DNA of 64,000 nucleotides from assembly GCF_018977255.1 (NCBI RefSeq), contig NW_024704743.1, positions 75,828,001 through 75,892,000 on the forward strand, in the 5' to 3' direction. A program made the position numbers and the translations under genes. Positions 51,383 to 63,330 of the stretch are shown piece by piece. The DNA comes from Callorhinchus milii. Lineage: Eukaryota. The notes under the pieces are model-generated. The model was not told the DNA's origin and made no database searches. It saw only the letters and a program-made list of their open reading frames with translations. Within the stretch, counting starts at the first letter, position 1. Every line of letters starts with the position of its first letter.

Positions 51383-52033
51383 AACAACAACAAAATTACA
51401 TTTGTATAGCGTTCACATGTTGGGAGATGTCCCAAGGTGCTGGACGATCAGGGTTTCGGACCCGAGCTCTGGGTCGGGATCAGGGAGGGTGGAGGGTGGG
51501 GGGGGAAGGAGGGTGCCTGAGGCATGGTCAAAAAGGAGGGTCTTGAGACGAGTCTTGAAGGAGGCAAGGGAGAGGGGCGAGGCGGAGGGACTGCAGGATG
51601 GAGTTTCAGAGGGTGGGGGCAGAGTGGCTGAAAGCCTGCCTGCCAATGGTGGGTAGAGCGAGGGGGCGTGTAAAGCAGCCCGGACCCTGCTGAACTGAGA
51701 GAGTGAGTAGGTTGGTAGGGGATTAGGAGGTCGCAGAGGTAGCGGGTAGCAAGGCCATGGAGGGGTTTGAAAGTGAGCATCAGGATCTTGAACTGTATCC
51801 TCTGTGTGATGGGAAGCCAGTGGAGTCGGCGAGGATGGGTGTGATGGGGTCGTGGAGCCTGGTGCAAGAGAGGACACGGGCTGCAAAATTCTGGATGATC
51901 TGTAACCTATGGAGGGAGGAGTTGGGGAGGCCAACAAGCAGGGAGTTTGCGTAATCGAGTCTGGATGTTATGAATGCATGTATGAGGGTCTCGACGGCCT
52001 GCAGTGTGAGACAGTGGTGGAGCCAGGTGATGT
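51383..52033 (-). mobile_element. L2 LINE 3' fragment
   Basis: ETLIHAFITSRLDYANSLL, LHWLPITQRIQFKIL, FKTRLKTLLFD; (TTG)n tail. Confidence 0.95.
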
Positions 52034-52207
52034 TGATTATAGTGATTCTCACTATTAAGAGGGATAAGTACTAAGGAATGCTTAGACGAATAGATCTTGA
52101 AAAGAGATGCCTCAGAGGTGACCATATAGGGAATATGAAACGCTAAAGAGAATAAATAAAGTAAGAACAATGTTTTACATATGCACTGAGGAGTTAGAAC
52201 AAGGAGT

Positions 52208-52769
52208 AGAGCCTTGGTCAGACCCCACCTGGTGTACTGAGTTCAGTTTTGGGCACCACACTTCAGGAAGGATAAATATATCCCTGGTGGGGGTGCGGTC
52301 CAGATTCACTAAAATGATACCAGGGCTAAAAGGGTTAAATTATGAGAACAGGTTGCATAAACTTGGTCTCTATTCCCTTCAGTTTAGAAGGTTGAGAGGT
52401 GATCTGATTGAGGTGTTTAAAATGATAAAGGGATTCGATAGGGTAGCTAAAGAGACACTATTTCCTCTGATGGGGAAATCCAGAACAAGGCAGCGTCATC
52501 TTAATATTAGAGCTGGGCCATTTAGAAGTAATATCAAGAAGCATCTTTTCACACAAAGGGTAGTGGAAACCTGGAACTCTCTCCCCCCAAAGGCTGTGGA
52601 TGCTGGATTCATTCAAATTTTCAAGACTGAGGTGGATAGATTTTTGTTAAGTAAGGGTATCAAGGGATATGGGGTAAAGGCGGATAAATGGAGTTGAGGA
52701 GCAGATCAGCCATGATCGAATAGAATGGCGGAACATCCTCAAGGGGCTGAATGACCTACTCCTGTTCCT
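52208..52769 (+). mobile_element. Younger CR1 3' fragment nested in an older CR1 remnant (about 52045-52197 and 52780-52950)
   Basis: ORF 52170-52697 has LGLYSLQFRRLRGDLIEVFK and HLFTQRVVETWNSLP. Near-perfect flanking repeat AACAAGGAGT (52198-52207) / AACAAGAAGT (52770-52779). Confidence 0.9.
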
Positions 52770-55184
52770 AACAAGAAGTCAATGGTTCAGTTTAAAAAAG
52801 CAATTTTAGGACAGACACTGGGAAGTATTTCTTTACAAAGAGAGCAAATAACAATTGGAAAGTTACCAGAAAGGGTGGAAAATGAAACCGGAATTGTATT
52901 TTGGAATAGTCACATCAAGTAAGTGAGTCAAAGGGCCTTCTACATCCAAACCTTTTACGATAACATACCAACCTGGTTGCCATCATGGCTGAGGTCAGTT
53001 AACTTACATAGAACTACCTAAGATTGAAGTTGGGGTTTTCCACTTCTCTTTAGCTAAATTCCACACGGAGCAGTGTGTTCACCAGCTGAGCTATCGGTGT
53101 GGTACAGAGTGTTCAATGTTGGTTTGTTTAATTCTCTAACACTCAAATCCCTCAGAGTTATGAGCACAAACTTAATAAGATACATTATACATAGCTGTGC
53201 TACCAGTTAAACAATCACAAAATAAAAATAATTCTTAATAGGGAATTAGATGAACCAAAGACTAAACCGTCAGATTAGCCAAAACATAATTTTTAATAAA
53301 TGCTGCAAAAACAAATGGAGCCGAGTTCTGATGTTAGGATGATGTACAGGGATTCCCTACACATTTTGTGCTGTGACCCTTTACTTAGTGAGACACAACA
53401 TTCACACTATCATTATTCCTGATGAATACCTGATAGCCCGTCAGCACTGTAATCGAGCTGCCTTACTCCCTTATTCCTTTGTTTGACACTGTCCTAAAAG
53501 ACCAGACCCAGTCTATAAAATCCTTATTCTTTAAAAATGACATGTGAAGCAGCTCCACTCAATATTGTTTTACAAAGACAGACAGAGAAACCTACTAGCA
53601 CGAATAGCAAGAAAGTAGAGGCTCAGTTATAATCAGTTGTAGCTTTGGTAAACTGAAGCGATTTGGTTTGTGTTGATCTCTTTAACATTATAATTTAATA
53701 GGTGGGCGTTTAATTTAAAAGCAGAAAGCATCACAAATGGCTGCCTAATCCAGTTCTTGCTATAACGATTCAGTGTTTCTGTTTTAATTGCTCAGTAATT
53801 GTATACCAGCATCTCATCCCCACACAAATGCGTTGGAAAATTTCTCCTACATTAATTTCATGGGAACCTTGACAAAGCATTAATCTGGTTAACAGCAGAG
53901 ACGGGTCCTTTCTGCAGGGACCTCAATGTCCAAGGACAAAATAACAAGTGTTGGGTATGGAGAGAAGAGGAATGAAGGAATTTTGTTTCAAAGTTTACAT
54001 GACGGTAAAAATGCCAGCACATAATAAACCTACAACGAGATTTAATGTTAAACAATTCACAGGAAAGGGAAGATTATTTCAAAAATAGGCTAAAGAAAGA
54101 CATTTTTAACAGAGTGGCAGTTTCACAACATCAGAAATTCTGGGATCAAAAGTTGTGTTTACTTTAAATATTGACAGCATTAAGTTCTATCAAGTGAAGT
54201 AACTGTTTTTTGTAGGCGATCAGCAAGCACCTCAGACATCAAGGTTTCACCACCAGACATAAGGTGTATAACTTGATGAGAATCGATTACAGGGAACAGA
54301 ACAGATTCTGAAAGACAGCTGATGCTGACTAAGCCTGGAACACAGCATTGGACTTGGGCATCGAGAACATCAAGGTGGTTGACTTGCCGCAAGCTGCCCT
54401 GTAAAGGTCTTCCTACCACACTGAAGACAGATGTGCGCCAGATAGCTGATGAGGAAACTCTGAGGCTTGGGATGACAGCTGCTGGGAGGCATTATCTGGA
54501 GTCCAGATTCGTCAACACACATTAATCTATCCAGTGCTCGGACCCACCTTGTTTGGTTTGCAGGGAGCTAAGCAGCTGCTGCTGAAGCCCTACACCTCCA
54601 ACTGATAGAACTATTGCTCAATAAGTAGGATGTGTGTCCATGTTTACTAACACCAGCTGTGTTTCAGAATCCCCACCATTCTCTGTAATTAATTCTGCAC
54701 GCATCAGACCAAAAAACAATTCTGAAAAGATCAGATTTAATGGGCCAAGCGGCCTGGCTGATCTAAATTTATTGTTATCTTCAGAAAACTGAGCACTTAA
54801 ATATATGTTCTTGCTCTACAAGACGTTAACTGAACACCAGTTCATTTTTAATCACAAGATTGATTTGGATGAAGAAAGCCCTTTGGCCCGTCTAATCTCA
54901 TCCTAGCGTGTTGGGGTAGTAGGGCCTCAGGAGATGGTTGTGGTAGTGGTCAGGAGAATAGGGCTCAAGAGGTTACAGAAGTTAGTCTGAGACAAGAGGC
55001 AATTCAGTATTTTCATGCTTTCATGTGAGCAGTCAGATTTGCTTGGTCAGTACTCTTGGAGTCTTGCCTTTAAATCGGAAGGCAAGCCCCATGTCAGGAC
55101 TCTGAACTCACAGTTTAGATGGGGTAACACTGCATTGTTAGACAAGCTGTCCTTTGAATGAGACATTAAATCTGCAATCTTGTC

Positions 55185-55665
55185 CCACAGCCTTGCCATA
55201 TCAAAAATAGATTTACTTTTTTCTATCCCAATAAGCATCTTGCATATATCTATAAAGTTCCCCTCTGAGGCATCTATAATTAAAGGCTAAAGTACCCAAG
55301 GGTATTTGGTCATTCCTTACAGCTCATCTCAAACACTTGGGATCAGTCTTGTTGCTGTCCTCTGCACTGCCTCTACGGCCTGGCGAGCCCCTTATGCCAA
55401 GGCGATCAGAGTATTACTCTACGTAATACTCCAGGGGTGGTCTGACCAGAGCACAGTAGACCTTGAGCATGACTTCTGAGAATCTAACTTCAAGCTGATG
55501 TGGCAATATAGCCCGATATCCTGTTTATCATTGCCTCACACGGTTTTGACATGAGCAACACAACATACACCCAAGGTCTCGTTCCTTTCCCCCCTTGGCA
55601 AGTTGCATCCATGAATACAGCATGTATCCCTTATTATTCATCTGTATTAAACTTCCTCACAGGGC
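55185..55665 (-). mobile_element. Old CR1 ORF2 remnant
   Basis: Reverse complement shows ERDLG, LVRPPLEY and AVQRTATRLIP-like decayed motifs. Confidence 0.75.
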
Positions 55666-55734
55666 AGATATAATAATAATAATTATTACTATTATATACC
55701 ACCTCTGAGCACAGATACAATATAAATACAAAAT

Positions 55735-56080
55735 TCTATTTGTATAGTGCCTTTCACTTTGGGAGGACGTTCCAAGGTGCTGCACAGTTAGGGATTTGGA
55801 CCCGAGCGGACGTTGAGGTAAGGGAGGGTGGAGCGCACGGAGGGTAGGAAGGTGGCCGAAAGCACGGTCAAAGAGGAGGGTCTTGAGACGTACCTTGAAG
55901 AAGGCAAGGGAGGTGAAGGGAATGTGGGATGGAATTTAGATGCGTGGATGAGGGTTTCGGCAGTCTGAGGAGTGAAGCAGTGGCAGAGCTGGGCATTGTT
56001 GCAGAGGTGGGGGAATAATAATAATAAGGGATACATGCTGTATTCATGGATGCAGAGCGGGTCATGGCACGGATGTGGGG
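55735..56080 (-). mobile_element. L2 3' fragment with internal deletion and a foreign insert
   Basis: L2 tail plus HCFTPQTAETLIHA region; interrupted at 56013-56054 by an inverted copy of nearby sequence. Confidence 0.85.
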
Positions 56081-59000
56081 TAATAATAACAACAACAATA
56101 ATAATAATATGCACAATCAGTAAACAGTGCTGGGGCTCGGAACCTGGTTGTTTTTCCCTCCTTAACCCTGGGAAGTTCATTGCAATTTAGCCTCTCTATA
56201 CAATCTTGTCTGAGACCAGAACACTCAGCACAATTTGGGATTCAAACCAGCGAGCTCCCAGTCTATAGGCTGCAAGCTCTATCGTACATCATTGAGGTTG
56301 TCCAACTCCCACAAGATTAAAAGCTTAGTTGAAGTTCCCTGATCCCTCGGGTAGTAAGACTACATCTTGAAACACTGAACGACAGGTGACCACAACTCCC
56401 TTGACAGTAATCAGAAATTATATTATCTTGACTTATTTCCTATTAAAGTTATTGGGTTTTGTTACCTTCTCACCAGTAAAATCCATATATTTGCATAAAT
56501 CAGGATATAAATAAAGGTGCAAATGATGCATTAATATGTAAATTGCTGCAGGTCTCACACACTTGTCATCTTTTCTAATGAAAAGCAAACAATGCAGCTG
56601 CCATGCATTATGTGTGCCTATCAATATTAATAGCACGAAAAAAAGAGGCATGCCTCATTAGTCAGACATATTTAGATAAACACACATAACATAAATTTGG
56701 CAATAACATGTTCCCTCTTCAAGATAAACACTGGATGATAAGCTACCCCTAGAAAAAAAATGTAATGTTTATAAAATATTTCAAAATAAAACCCAATATT
56801 TGCACATCAATAAAATTCTACAACAATTGTCTTAAGGAATGTTCAGGCTTCAGAGACAAGCAAGACAGATGCAAGAACCCTAGATTAGGGGCTATGGCAC
56901 GATGTGGGGAGAGAGGGGGAAAGAACATTCGTTACCCTGAATAAATTTGAATGTTGGACTTATGATAGGTAATATTAGAAGGTTTTGAACTGTGACAGAG
57001 AATTTGGGAGCAACGTGGTAATTTAAAGCCTAAATCTTGATTAGAGGTGCAGCGGTGATTGAAGTCAGAAACTGCACTCATTCAAGAAATAGCTTAAAGT
57101 TGCAATGGGAAGATGGCAGGTGTAGTCTAATAATTGCATTTGATATATCGCCCTTATCACATCATTGAGACATCTCAAAGAATATACTGCCAAGTGGAGT
57201 GACGTATTTTGTGGGTGAACGTGACAGCCAATTTGTGTGCATCAATGTTACACAAATAGCCTTGGGGTTAATGACCATTTATTGGGGGAAAGGGGAATAT
57301 ACAATACATACAAAATTATATATATGTGGCACTTTTCATGTCTGTAGGATGTCCCAAAGCGCTTAACAATACAGTACTGGGGCACCCGAGCTCGGGGTGG
57401 GAGCTTAGGGGAGGGAGGGGAAAGACGACGGAAAAGGTAATCAAAGAGGTACATCTTGAGGCAAACATAGGCAAAGGAGGGAGTTGGAGAAACTCCAGGA
57501 TAGAGTTTCAAAGAGTAGAGGCAACAAGACTGAAGGCCTTCTCATTAATTGAAGGTAGGTAGTGCAAGGGGCATGAAGCAGGCTGGTGCCTGCTGAGCCA
57601 ATTGAGAATAGAGGCTCAGGAGAATCAACTGATACAACCAGAAACAAACCAAAGGCACCAGAGAATCCCAGGACTACTGAGGCTAGCAATCACTATAAGA
57701 ACTCTTCAATTTCAATAAATTAAGGAAGTTTCAATTTAATTAAGTGAGGGCTTTCTTCAGGTTCCTGCTCCAACTTTTAAATCATTGTTCATTTATTACC
57801 AAAGTAATACAGTAGATATAGCTTGCTTTGGTGTAACTCAGGTTGGCTTACAATACAAATGTGGTGTGGACCCAGACATTATACTTACCGAAAAAATCCA
57901 AAATGTAGGCAAGAAGCTGGCCAGTTCCATAGGTGTGCGTTGTGCTTCAAAACACGTCATTGCGCTTCTCGTGTTGTCGTTCTTCAAAACGGGATGTGCA
58001 ACAAAGGAATTTGAAGCACACTTTTGGAGCCAACTTGATTTCTGCGGCATTAGCAAGGACGTCACCAGTCATGCAATTTTGCCATTTGTCACTTCACAAT
58101 GTAGAAGTGCCGACTGATGATTACACTCCATAAAAGCACTGGTTGGGATTTTATGTTCCCCCACTCCACCACCATCACCTTATAACTTTCCTGATTCTGC
58201 ATCTGATTACCTCCATAGGACGCCTTTGCAGTTGAAAACAGAATCAGTCACTACTTGCTACATTTACATATAAACATTCCCCATTTATCATATGTAGAAA
58301 CCACAGAGCAACACATTATTTAAATCTGGAAAGAGAAATAATAATTGTTAGATGTATGAAGGTTGCTCCAGGCTAGAAATTTATAATTTGGTATCTGAGA
58401 CATCCTCCATTACCAACAAGCCGAAATGTTGCTTCATCACTTGTACATGATGGCAATGGCCTCAGCACTTTCTCCTTTATCTCCAGTGATATATTGCATC
58501 TGCCTTGTATCGTCACGGTGACTATTCGTCATAGCACAATCCATCACAAAGAGCAATATAGACTAATTGATATCTTCTGGAGTAGAATAGAACTAGATTA
58601 TCCTTATCGTGAGCAACATGCAATATACATCTAATTCAGGCATATTTGGGCTTTCACTCAATCAGGAGGTGTCCAAGCAAATGTTGGTGTCCACCACATG
58701 TCAAGATATCGATAAGAATGAACAATCCAACTGGGTGAGAACAAGATTAGAAAGTGAGATAGCAAGATTGCACACACACTCACACACACAAATCAAACAC
58801 AGAAACCCATTATCCTCACACCATTTCCATATCTGCAATGGTCTAGTCCCAATGAGTGCAGACATAGACTCTCCACTATACTTGTAAACTGTTAACCACA
58901 CTGAGCTTCAGGGGTTACCTAGGTAAGGGCACTCTGGCATGTATAAAAAAGTTAGAATTCTTTTCCCAGATCACTAGTCCAATCTATGCCATGAACTGCT

Positions 59001-59509
59001 GAAGTGGGTCCTACCAAATAAAATTCTTCTCAGTACCCTCCGTTTTCTACAAAGGTAATTCCAATGGGAATATAGTGAAATCAATCTGGTTAAAATTGTT
59101 CACCTGAAGAGAATGAGTCAGTGGAATCAATGGATTTCTCCCCCCCTCCCCATCCGCCAAGTGTAACCATTTTCTATAAAATATAAAACAGACTAATAGC
59201 ACCAATTACTGAAGGCATAATTATTGATGAGTCATGCACCAAATAACTGACAGGCTGAATAGTTAGCAAACCAATGCAAAGGCAAACCGTTATTCATTGA
59301 ATGTACTGCACATAAATCAGCACATAAATTCTGCCTCCAGCAAAAATGAAACAACAGTACTAACCATGAGGGTTTGGATAAAATGACCGGCAGCATTCCA
59401 GTATATTTTAAAATTCAATGAAAGCCTTGTAGGTAATTTACAATCTATTGCAATTCCTGAATGCAGTGCCTCAATAAGTTGCCTCGCAGGTCGATTTGCC
59501 AGGCCTATA

Positions 59510-59885
59510 TTAATAATAATAATAATCCTTGCATTTGACATAGTGCCTTATCACATCTTCGAGATGTCTCAAAGCACTTCACAGAATATACTGTAAAGTG
59601 AATTGACTGTATATTTTGTGGATTAATCATGGAAGCCAATTGCAAACAGCAGTGTCCCACAAACAGTTATGGATTGAGTGACCAATATATTTATTTATTG
59701 AAGGAATTATTACCCCTGGAAAAGCAATCCGCCAATTGACTAACAACCGGGTTCCTACTTACTGCTAGGTGAACAGAGGCGTGTGGAGTAAGCAAACTTG
59801 CCCAACGTTTTGTCCTGCTGGAAATTGAACCCAAGTTTCTCACTTGTGAGGCGAGAGTTCTAAGCAGTAAATTACAGGACTCCAC
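59510..59885 (-). mobile_element. tRNA-headed SINE, long subfamily
   Basis: Full length, from (AAT)n tail to GGACTCCAC 5' end on the plus strand. Confidence 0.9.
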
Positions 59886-61059
59886 TATAGACAGGAGAGT
59901 TCAATATCTGCCTCTATCCAACCTTGGCACCGACAGCCATCACACCACAGTTGTCAGCCGACGCTGTCACAGGAAATGATACAGTCCCCAAATACCTCCA
60001 GGAAGGTAACATGTCTCAAATGCAGTTTATTATGCGCTGAAGGCATGGTTTAAGAGGTACTAATGCAGCAGAAATATTAGAATTGGAGTTGATGTACGCC
60101 TCCCTGATCATTCAGTTGATAAAAGCTCTGAGCAGTACAGAACCAAGCGATAGAGATCAGGAACCAGGAATTGCTTGAGTGTCCACTTTCAAACAGCACA
60201 AGTAGTCATTCTTCATATTAATCCTTGTATTTGATATCACACCTTATCACATTGTCGAGACATTTCAAAGTGCTTCATAGGATTTCCTGTAATGCGTAGT
60301 GACTGTGTAATGGTGATAATATAGCACTTTGTGATATTTGACATGATAATAATGATAATCCTTGAATATGAGCTAGTGTCTTATCACAACAAAATGTCTG
60401 AGCGTTACAGTGGTGACTATTTGTGGGTGAATACAATTGCCAATTTCACAAGTACGTCATAAAACAGCTATATATTGATGCTATATCAAATACATGGATC
60501 AGTACAGGAGACAAAGTTCATAATTGCAGAGCACAATGCTGTCCCAAACTCCAGACATGAGGACAGCCTAGCAATAAGGAGCCAGAAGACTAGCTAAAGT
60601 CCCCATTTCCTTACCAATCACAGCATCCAACTGCTTCAAAGGTTGAAGGGGCAGGACAGTGGGATTGAATGAATAGCTTGCCTTGAGTGCCAGTGCAGAC
60701 TTAATGGGCGAACAGCCTCCTTCTGCGCTGTGTATTTCTATGACTGTATGAAAGATCAACGTGAGCTAACTGCAGAGACTAATGCTTGAACCAGGGAGCT
60801 TCCTGATCTCTATGGTAGTTCAGCATCACTCAGAGCTTTCACCAAGTGAGGAATCAGAGAGGCATAACCCGTCTCTGAATCAAACACTCCTGTTATTTTA
60901 CTACCTCTTTCACCATGTTTTCGGGAATCTTCCTCCCTCCCTACACTAGTCTTGTGAAGCAAAACCTTTGTTTGTGATGTTGTTCAACACATGTAAGTGT
61001 GCTTTATAAGTGCGAGTTGATATGATTTATTTGAGATTTTTTATTCTGAGCAACTGATC

Positions 61060-61434
61060 GTGGAGTCCCACAGCTGAGTGGTTAGCACGCTCGCCTTACA
61101 AATGAGAGGACCCGAGTTCGATTCCAGGTGTGATGAAACTTTAGACAAGTTTCCTTACTCCACACGCCTCTGTTTACCTAGCAGGAAGTAAAAACCCAGT
61201 TGTTAGTCGATTGGCAGATTGCTTTCCGGGGGTAATAATCCCTTAAAAAAATAACAATAAGGTCACTCAATCCATGACTGTTTGTGGGACACTGCTGTGT
61301 GCAATTGGCTGCTGCATTTCACCCACAAAATACACCAATAAAGTGTACATCAATTTACAATACATTCTATGAAGCACTATGAAATGTTTGAACAACATGA
61401 TCAGGCACTATATGGAATGCAAGGATGATTATTA
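61060..61434 (+). mobile_element. tRNA-headed SINE, long subfamily
   Basis: GTGGAGTCC... GAGTTCGATTCC B box, full body and tail. Confidence 0.9.
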
Positions 61435-61924
61435 TACATCCAGGCAATGTTGTGAGTAACCTTGATTTATATCACTACATGGAACACATCACTGAAATTC
61501 ACAAGTAATAAAGTCATAATTGGTTTTCTAGTTAGTTCTCACAAATGAAACATTTATCATATCACATTCCTGGTCTCAGCATAATCAATTGACAAAATGT
61601 GCAAGTAGATTTTAGCTGAATAACATTTGTGATCAGAATCCAAGAATATCAGCTGAACTGTTTGGGTACATTTGTCATTTTGATGCAACTCCCAATAAGT
61701 GATGAAACAACAGACAAGTAAGTGAGGGAGGGAGGCGCAAACAAGTGGAACTGGAGGTGAGGAAAGAGCTTGCATTTTTCATAATTATAGCTTCTTATGT
61801 CAAATCATCTCAAACGACATTACAGGTAATTACTATCAAGTGTAGTAACTGTTTTCGAAGGCAGTAATGGTAGGGCACTCAGTGCGATATAATAATTCAC
61901 AAGAACATAGCACACACTTTGTAA

Positions 61925-62010
61925 CCATGATATAATATATGTAATATATTAATATATAATTAATATATATATATAATATATGATTTAATATATGTGAGTT
62001 CATATATTAC
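61925..62010. repeat. AT-rich low-complexity tract
   Basis: Irregular TAATATAT/ATAT repeats. Confidence 0.85.
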
Positions 62011-62169
62011 ACAGAATTTTCGAATCAGATTCTCAGAAAAGGGATTGTTAACTAGTTTACAGTGGGAATGTCATAATTAGTCATAATTAGACTGTTTGTG
62101 GGACATTGCTGTGCGCAATTGGCTGCCGCGTTCGCCCACAAATATACAGTCAATTCACTTTACAGTGTA

Positions 62170-62495
62170 ATAATAATAATAATAATAATCCTTGGATTTG
62201 ATATAGCGCTTTTCACGTCAGGAGGACGTCCCAAAGCGCTTCACAGAACACACTGTAAAGTGAATTGACTGTATATTTGTGGGCGAACGCGGCAGCCAAT
62301 TGCGCACAGCAATGTCCCACAAACAGTCGTAGATTGAAAATGACCAATTTATTATTGTTTTGGGTTTTTGGAGGGATTATTATTAGGCGTGTGGAGTAAG
62401 GAAACTTGCCCAAGGTTTCGCCCTCTGCCTGGAATTGAACTCAGGTCTCTCACTTGCAAAGCGAGTGCTCTAGCCACTGAGCTACAGGACTCCAC
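62170..62495 (-). mobile_element. tRNA-headed SINE, short subfamily, nested in a plus-strand copy of the same family (62090-62169 and 62496-62577)
   Basis: Full-length copy flanked by GTGTA direct repeats (62165-62169, 62496-62500). Confidence 0.93.
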
Positions 62496-62953
62496 GTGTA
62501 TTCTGTGAAGCGCTTTGGGACGTCCTCCCGACGTGAAAAGCGCTATATCAAATGCAGGGATTATTATTATTATTATGATGAAAACTCAATACTAAGATCC
62601 CTGCCTTAATCAGATAAAGTTTAATTTGCAGTCTAGAATAATGATAATCCTTACATTTGGTATAGCGCTTTTCACGTCGGGTGGAAACCTCAAAGCAATT
62701 CACAGGAATTTCAGTACACTGTGAATTTTGTATGCAAACATGACAGCCAATTTTCATACAGAAATGTTACACAAACAGCCATCAATTTTATTTTGGCGTG
62801 TTGGCCAGGAAACTGGAAAAAAACTTCTCTATTCTAATCGTCTCCTGGGATCTTTAACACTCAAATGAATAGGCAGATGGGACTTCAGTTTAATATCTCA
62901 CCCGAAGGACAGCACCTCCAATAATGCATCTCAAATGAATTACAAATTTATAC

Positions 62954-63330
62954 AGTCCTGTAGCTTAGTGGTTAGAGCAATCGCCTTGCAAGTGAGAGAC
63001 CTGGGTTCGATTCCTGGCAGGGCCAAAAGTTGGGCAAGTTTCCTTACTCCACACATCTCTGTTTACCTCACAGTAAGTTGAAACCCGCTTGTTAGTTGTT
63101 TGCCGGATTGCTTTTCCAGGAGTAATAATTGTTTCAAAAAAACTAATAATGATAATAATTTGGTCACTCAATCCACGACTGTCTGTGGAACACTGCTGTG
63201 TGCGATTGGCTGCCTCGTTTCGCCCATAAAGTATACAGTCAATTCACTTTACAGTATATTCTGTGAAGCGCTTTGAGACGTCCCAAAGACTTGATAAGGC
63301 GCTATATCAATGCAAGGATTATCATTATTA
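62954..63330 (+). mobile_element. tRNA-headed SINE, long subfamily
   Basis: GTCCTGTAGCTTAGTGGTTAGAGC ... GGGTTCGATTCC, full body and tail. Confidence 0.9.

Noticed and set aside
54180..54600. Coding-like composition with short ORFs on both strands
   Set aside because: Stops in all frames within short distances and no identifiable family; possibly an old transposon relic.
58381..58500. TSDEATFRLVG on the minus strand, resembling the mariner/maT FSDEATF motif
   Set aside because: Single short motif with no TIRs or further DDD motifs; likely chance.
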